Origin: Eledone cirrhosa
Lineage: Eukaryota
DNA: 64,000 bases
Direction of reading: 5' to 3'
NCBI GenBank assembly: GCA_964016885.1
Contig: OZ024740.1
Location: 253,766,001 to 253,830,000 of the forward strand
Positions 62,805-64,000 of this stretch are shown in pieces (positions within the stretch are counted from its first letter, which is position 1; each line of letters opens with the position of its first letter). Made by a program: the position numbers and the translations under genes. The notes below the pieces were generated by a model that searched no databases, was not told where the DNA came from, and saw only the letters and a list, made by a program, of their open reading frames with translations.

Positions 62805-63842
62805 TTATGAATTTGTTTTGCAAGGTTTTTGATATGAAATCGTGAGTCGAAACAAATATTGTTATACTTGGGGAGGGTCATATTGTTGTAATAATATTGC
62901 CAAAAATAATAACAGAACACACTCACTGTTTGGTTGGTTTTCGCTTCTGTATCTTTTATATCTCCATAGTTAATTCATTTGGCCATCAATGTTTATCACT
63001 GACTGACCAGCAGTCAAAAATACAGATATAAATACATATATATAGTCTAACAAAGTTCTTTCGTTGCACATCCGCAACATCATCAGTGGTACTATTATCA
63101 TGTTTCCCCTACTGTATTGTATGTATTGTAGTGTCTACGCTATTTTTATTTTATCTATTTATTTATTTATTTTTGTCCTCGTGTCTGCGCATGCATTTGT
63201 GTGTGTGTGTAGTGTTTGGTGTGTGTGTTTGCGTTTGGGTAACTGTGTTTTGGTTATTGTATTCTATCTTAGTTTATTAGTGTGTGTTTATATGTGTTTG
63301 TTGTTATTGTGCTGGTGTATATATTTATTTATTTATTTATATTTCTCTTAGGTCAGTATTGTTTGTTTGGGTGTTATTCCATTCATTTTTTCTGTTTAGC
63401 TTTGGCCTTCTAAGTTCTATTTCACTTGCCTCTCTGATTTGCCTATCTGCTGGGTCATTTCTATGTTTAGATATTATCTTAATTTCTATGTTGTCTATGT
63501 TACCGTCATGTTGTTGTCTAGCGTGTTCGTATAGTACTAAACCATTTTTTAGTCCTTTTAGTCCCTCCCAGTTTTGGTCTATCCTTTCACCTATACTACG
63601 AGCTGTCTCGCCTATGTATGTTGTTGTCATGTTTCTGCACATCTTATGCTATAGACTACGTTTCTAGTTTTACAGTTTTCCAGGGATTTACTTCACATAT
63701 AATACATTTCCTATTAGTACAGTGGGTTTTTTTAAAAGGGTATGTTTTGCTGATCAGGATTTTATGGTAGTTCCTGGCTTTTCTACCACCTTAATCTTTA
63801 AGTGGGTCTTTCTCAGGGCCTTTCTACACTGGTTAGCTAATT
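62805..63842 (-). mobile_element. 3' part of a Penelope-like element (GIY-YIG), related to 20756-21915
   Basis: YIGETARSIGERI...RQIREASEI..RPKLNRKNEW; homologous 3' repeat. Confidence 0.88.
63048..63091 (-). ncRNA. Hammerhead ribozyme motif in PLE 3' repeat
   Basis: Reverse complement reads tacca-CTGATGA-t-gttgc(ggatgt)gcaac-GAAA-gaac-TT-tgtta; stem II differs from 20968-21010 yet stays paired. Confidence 0.65.
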
Positions 63843-64000
63843 TCAACATGAAATATAAAGGGAGACAAAATAAATTAAAATAAATTAAATTAATGAAACC
63901 CAAATAAGTTAAAGATATAGAATCACGAAAGATTTATATAAGTTGATTTTAACTGTAGGTATCGGTTTGTTTACAAATATACTTTCAAATTAAAATAACA

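Noticed and set aside
45572-64000. AACS exon 4 (expected to resemble ..VTFEELR..VA..AAAM...GV..GDRV)
   Set aside because: No matching segment seen; it presumably lies beyond the window, though a diverged exon could have been missed.

Overview
AT-rich, repeat-dense eukaryotic DNA. The SINE and RTE families and the (TA)n/(TATG)n microsatellites suggest a coleoid cephalopod such as Octopus, but that is inferred, not tested. The only host gene I can support is acetoacetyl-CoA synthetase (AACS, + strand): coding exons 1-3 at 31837-31951, 34838-34941 and 45454-45571, with intron 3 apparently running past the window end. Everything else is mobile DNA: a Gypsy relic, a non-coding LTR element with a tRNA-Trp primer site, Merlin-type elements, Tigger/pogo, a Helitron 3' end, CRE and R4-like restriction-endonuclease LINE fragments, several RTE LINEs with their SINEs, and many Penelope-like element (PLE) pieces. 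The most notable signal is a set of minimal type-I hammerhead ribozyme (HHR) motifs. A 310-bp, hairpin-rich, non-coding monomer occurs in about 6 apparently identical copies, each with one HHR, in two back-to-back arms inside a (TA)n tract (3115-5013). A diverged 316-bp relative keeps the same helices with different sequence (26853-27331), and a third monomer shows the same tandem-plus-inversion layout (59126-59845). This resembles a retrozyme (circular self-cleaving RNA) system mobilised by PLE enzymes. All structures were read by eye and none is computationally or experimentally verified.
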